A stretch of DNA of 63,520 nt, filler included, from Parasitella parasitica NRRL 2501 (lineage: Eukaryota; Fungi; Mucoromycota): NCBI GenBank assembly GCA_025201805.1. It is 4 parts of 4 records of this genome, joined end to end, with 100 filler letters (N's around TTAATTAATTAA, not from the genome) between each part and the next. Parts side by side here need not be neighbours in the genome. Positions count along the whole stretch, not along the records: positions 61,834 to 63,520 come from MU619615.1; 3 more parts are not named here. The stretch is one strand, 5' to 3'. Under the pieces are notes generated by a model. It saw only the letters and a program-made list of their open reading frames with translations. It did not search any database and was not told where the DNA came from. Below are positions 61,835 to 63,520 of the stretch, piece after piece. How positions within the stretch are numbered: position 1 is the first letter of the stretch; every line of letters starts with the position of its first letter. The translations under genes were made by a program, and so were the position numbers.

Positions 61835-63520
61835 AAAAATTTCCCGGACGATTTAAAGAAATTTGCCGGACAAAATAAAATAATTTTCGGATCATCTAAA
61901 CAACTTGGTTTAGACTATGTAAACATTTTATTCAGATGTAATAAACACTTTCTTCAGACGAAATAAACAATTTATTCAGATGGGGAAACATTTTAGAAAG
62001 TATGAATGCTTTTATTAGATAATGAAGTGATACGGAGGAATTTATTTTAAACCTATTTCGTTTTGAAGACACCTATCCCAGTAAGTTTCTGCATGTCTGA
62101 TCCAACCGATACAGTTATCGGCTGTTACAGTCAAGCATGCTTCTTTAATACGAGGGGTCAGCTTATCACCAGTATCCAAAGGATTTCTTCTGATGTTGCT
62201 CTTTATTTTTGACCAACATTCTTCAATCGGGTTAAGAAAAGGGGAGTAGGGAGGGAGGAAAAGAGGTTTGTAGCCACGAGCATTGATAGCCTCAACTACG
62301 AATTTCGAATGATGGATACGACAATTATCCATGACTATGAAATAACCTTTTTTGTCTAGCTTGTCCAAAATATCCATAACCGATTCTACAAATTTAACGA
62401 TATGATAAGCTGTTGTTCCTTTTTTGAGCTTTGGTTTAACCTCCTTCTGACTGTTTGATTTCCTTTTCTTTCCTTGATTCTCCGTAGCATGAAACTCTCT
62501 TTCGATCATCTCAGCATCAGCCTTTTTGATTGGATCTACTTTTGAGAAATTGACAATACCAAAAGACGCAATACATCCAATGATACTGATATTGACACCT
62601 CTTTGTGTGTGCACTTTGACAGTAGCAGGTATACTTTTTTTGACCAAGCCTTACCTCTCATCATTTGAGAATGAAAGCCAGCCTCATCAATAAAGACGCA
62701 GTTTCTTTGAAAATCAACGCCTGCATTCTTCCACTCACTAACTATCTTATGTCGCAATTCAATAGTCGCATTCTTTAAAGAAAGCCAGCACTTTTCCGTT
62801 ATGTGTTTGTGAAGGCCGCGTATAGAAATCTCCAGCCCTTCAAATTGTTTGCATAGCTCCTCTCGAGCCATCTCCAAAGTAATTGTTGGTTTTTTGTCAA
62901 ATAATTCAATAAGAAACTTTGAATGTTCTTCGAAAAGTTTTTTAGGGCGGGGCCCTCTTTTTTTAGGAAGACTGGCTGGTATAACTGATGCTTTTGAGTC
63001 ATTGTATTCCTTGACGAGTTCATAAGCAGAACTACGGGGTACGCCGCAAGCTTTTGCTGCGTTAGGTATCGATAAGCCTTCCTCTTGAATTAAGTCGATC
63101 ATACGTTTTATTTGATCGTGGCCGTATTTTTTATATCGTTGCTTAGGTTCATCCAGGAACGCCTCTTCCATTTGGGCAGTCAAGCTGCCAACAGCATCTT
63201 CCATCTCAATTACTTTAATTTCTGTAGCTTCGTCGAAGTCAATAATCATTTCCAAGTTTCCGTATTGAATTGCGATGTCCTCAAGATCCATTTCGTCAGC
63301 TGAGCTTTCATCAGCTAAAAGAGGCTCAGTGGCTGGATTGTACTGGACGAAGTCCATAATCTCAAAGGATACTCTGTAATAAATTGTTTATTTCATCTGA
63401 AGAAAGTGTTTATTACATCTGAATAAAATGTTTACATAGTCTAAACCAAGTTGTTTAGATGATCCGAAAATTATTTTATTTTGTCCGGCAAATTTCTTTA
63501 AATCGTCCGGGAAATTTTTT
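61835..63520 (-). mobile_element. Tc1/IS630 DNA transposon with ~140-bp near-identical inverted repeats
   Basis: 61835-61976 versus 63378-63520: only one mismatch seen (cagacg/cagatg). The outer ends are clipped by the scaffold and window edges. Confidence 0.92.
62042..63357 (-). pseudogene. DD34E transposase split by a -1 frameshift at an A7 run (~62635-62641)
   Basis: The 5' ORF has an HTH and CVFIDEAGF. The 3' ORF has IVMDNCRIHH and FLPPYSPFLNPIEE (D34E). Confidence 0.88.

Overview
Eukaryotic, AT-rich genomic DNA with short (~50-70 nt) GT-AG introns. The gene and TE content looks like a Mucorales (Mucoromycota) fungus; this is an inference. The window is not one contiguous locus. Three N-padded TTAATTAATTAA six-frame-stop linkers (~19391, ~40066, ~61778) join separate scaffolds, and ordinary N gaps are also present. 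Segment 1 (1-19.3 kb) holds a PD-(D/E)XK-like pseudogene, a Tc1/IS630 DD34E element, an 18-exon ~1912-aa receptor gene, a 7-TM GPCR-like gene, Timeless/Tof1 and TE debris. Segment 2 (19.4-40 kb) holds glucosidase II beta, a formin, a class I GATase-like gene, Rab GGTase alpha (BET4), a Myb protein and SKI2. Segments 3-4 (40-63.5 kb) are mostly transposon remnants: LINEs, nested CACTA elements, a MITE-split Tc1, a CACTA transposase fragment, a DIRS-like remnant and a Tc1 with near-perfect TIRs. The standout is the 2991-9818 receptor. It has a signal peptide, bacterial-type periplasmic sugar-binding domains, a Cys-rich repeat, one TM helix, and a pseudokinase plus coiled coil closely resembling animal receptor guanylyl cyclases (NPR type). 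Its output module, however, is a hybrid histidine kinase/receiver instead of a cyclase. All exon models were built by hand from splice signals and reading frames.
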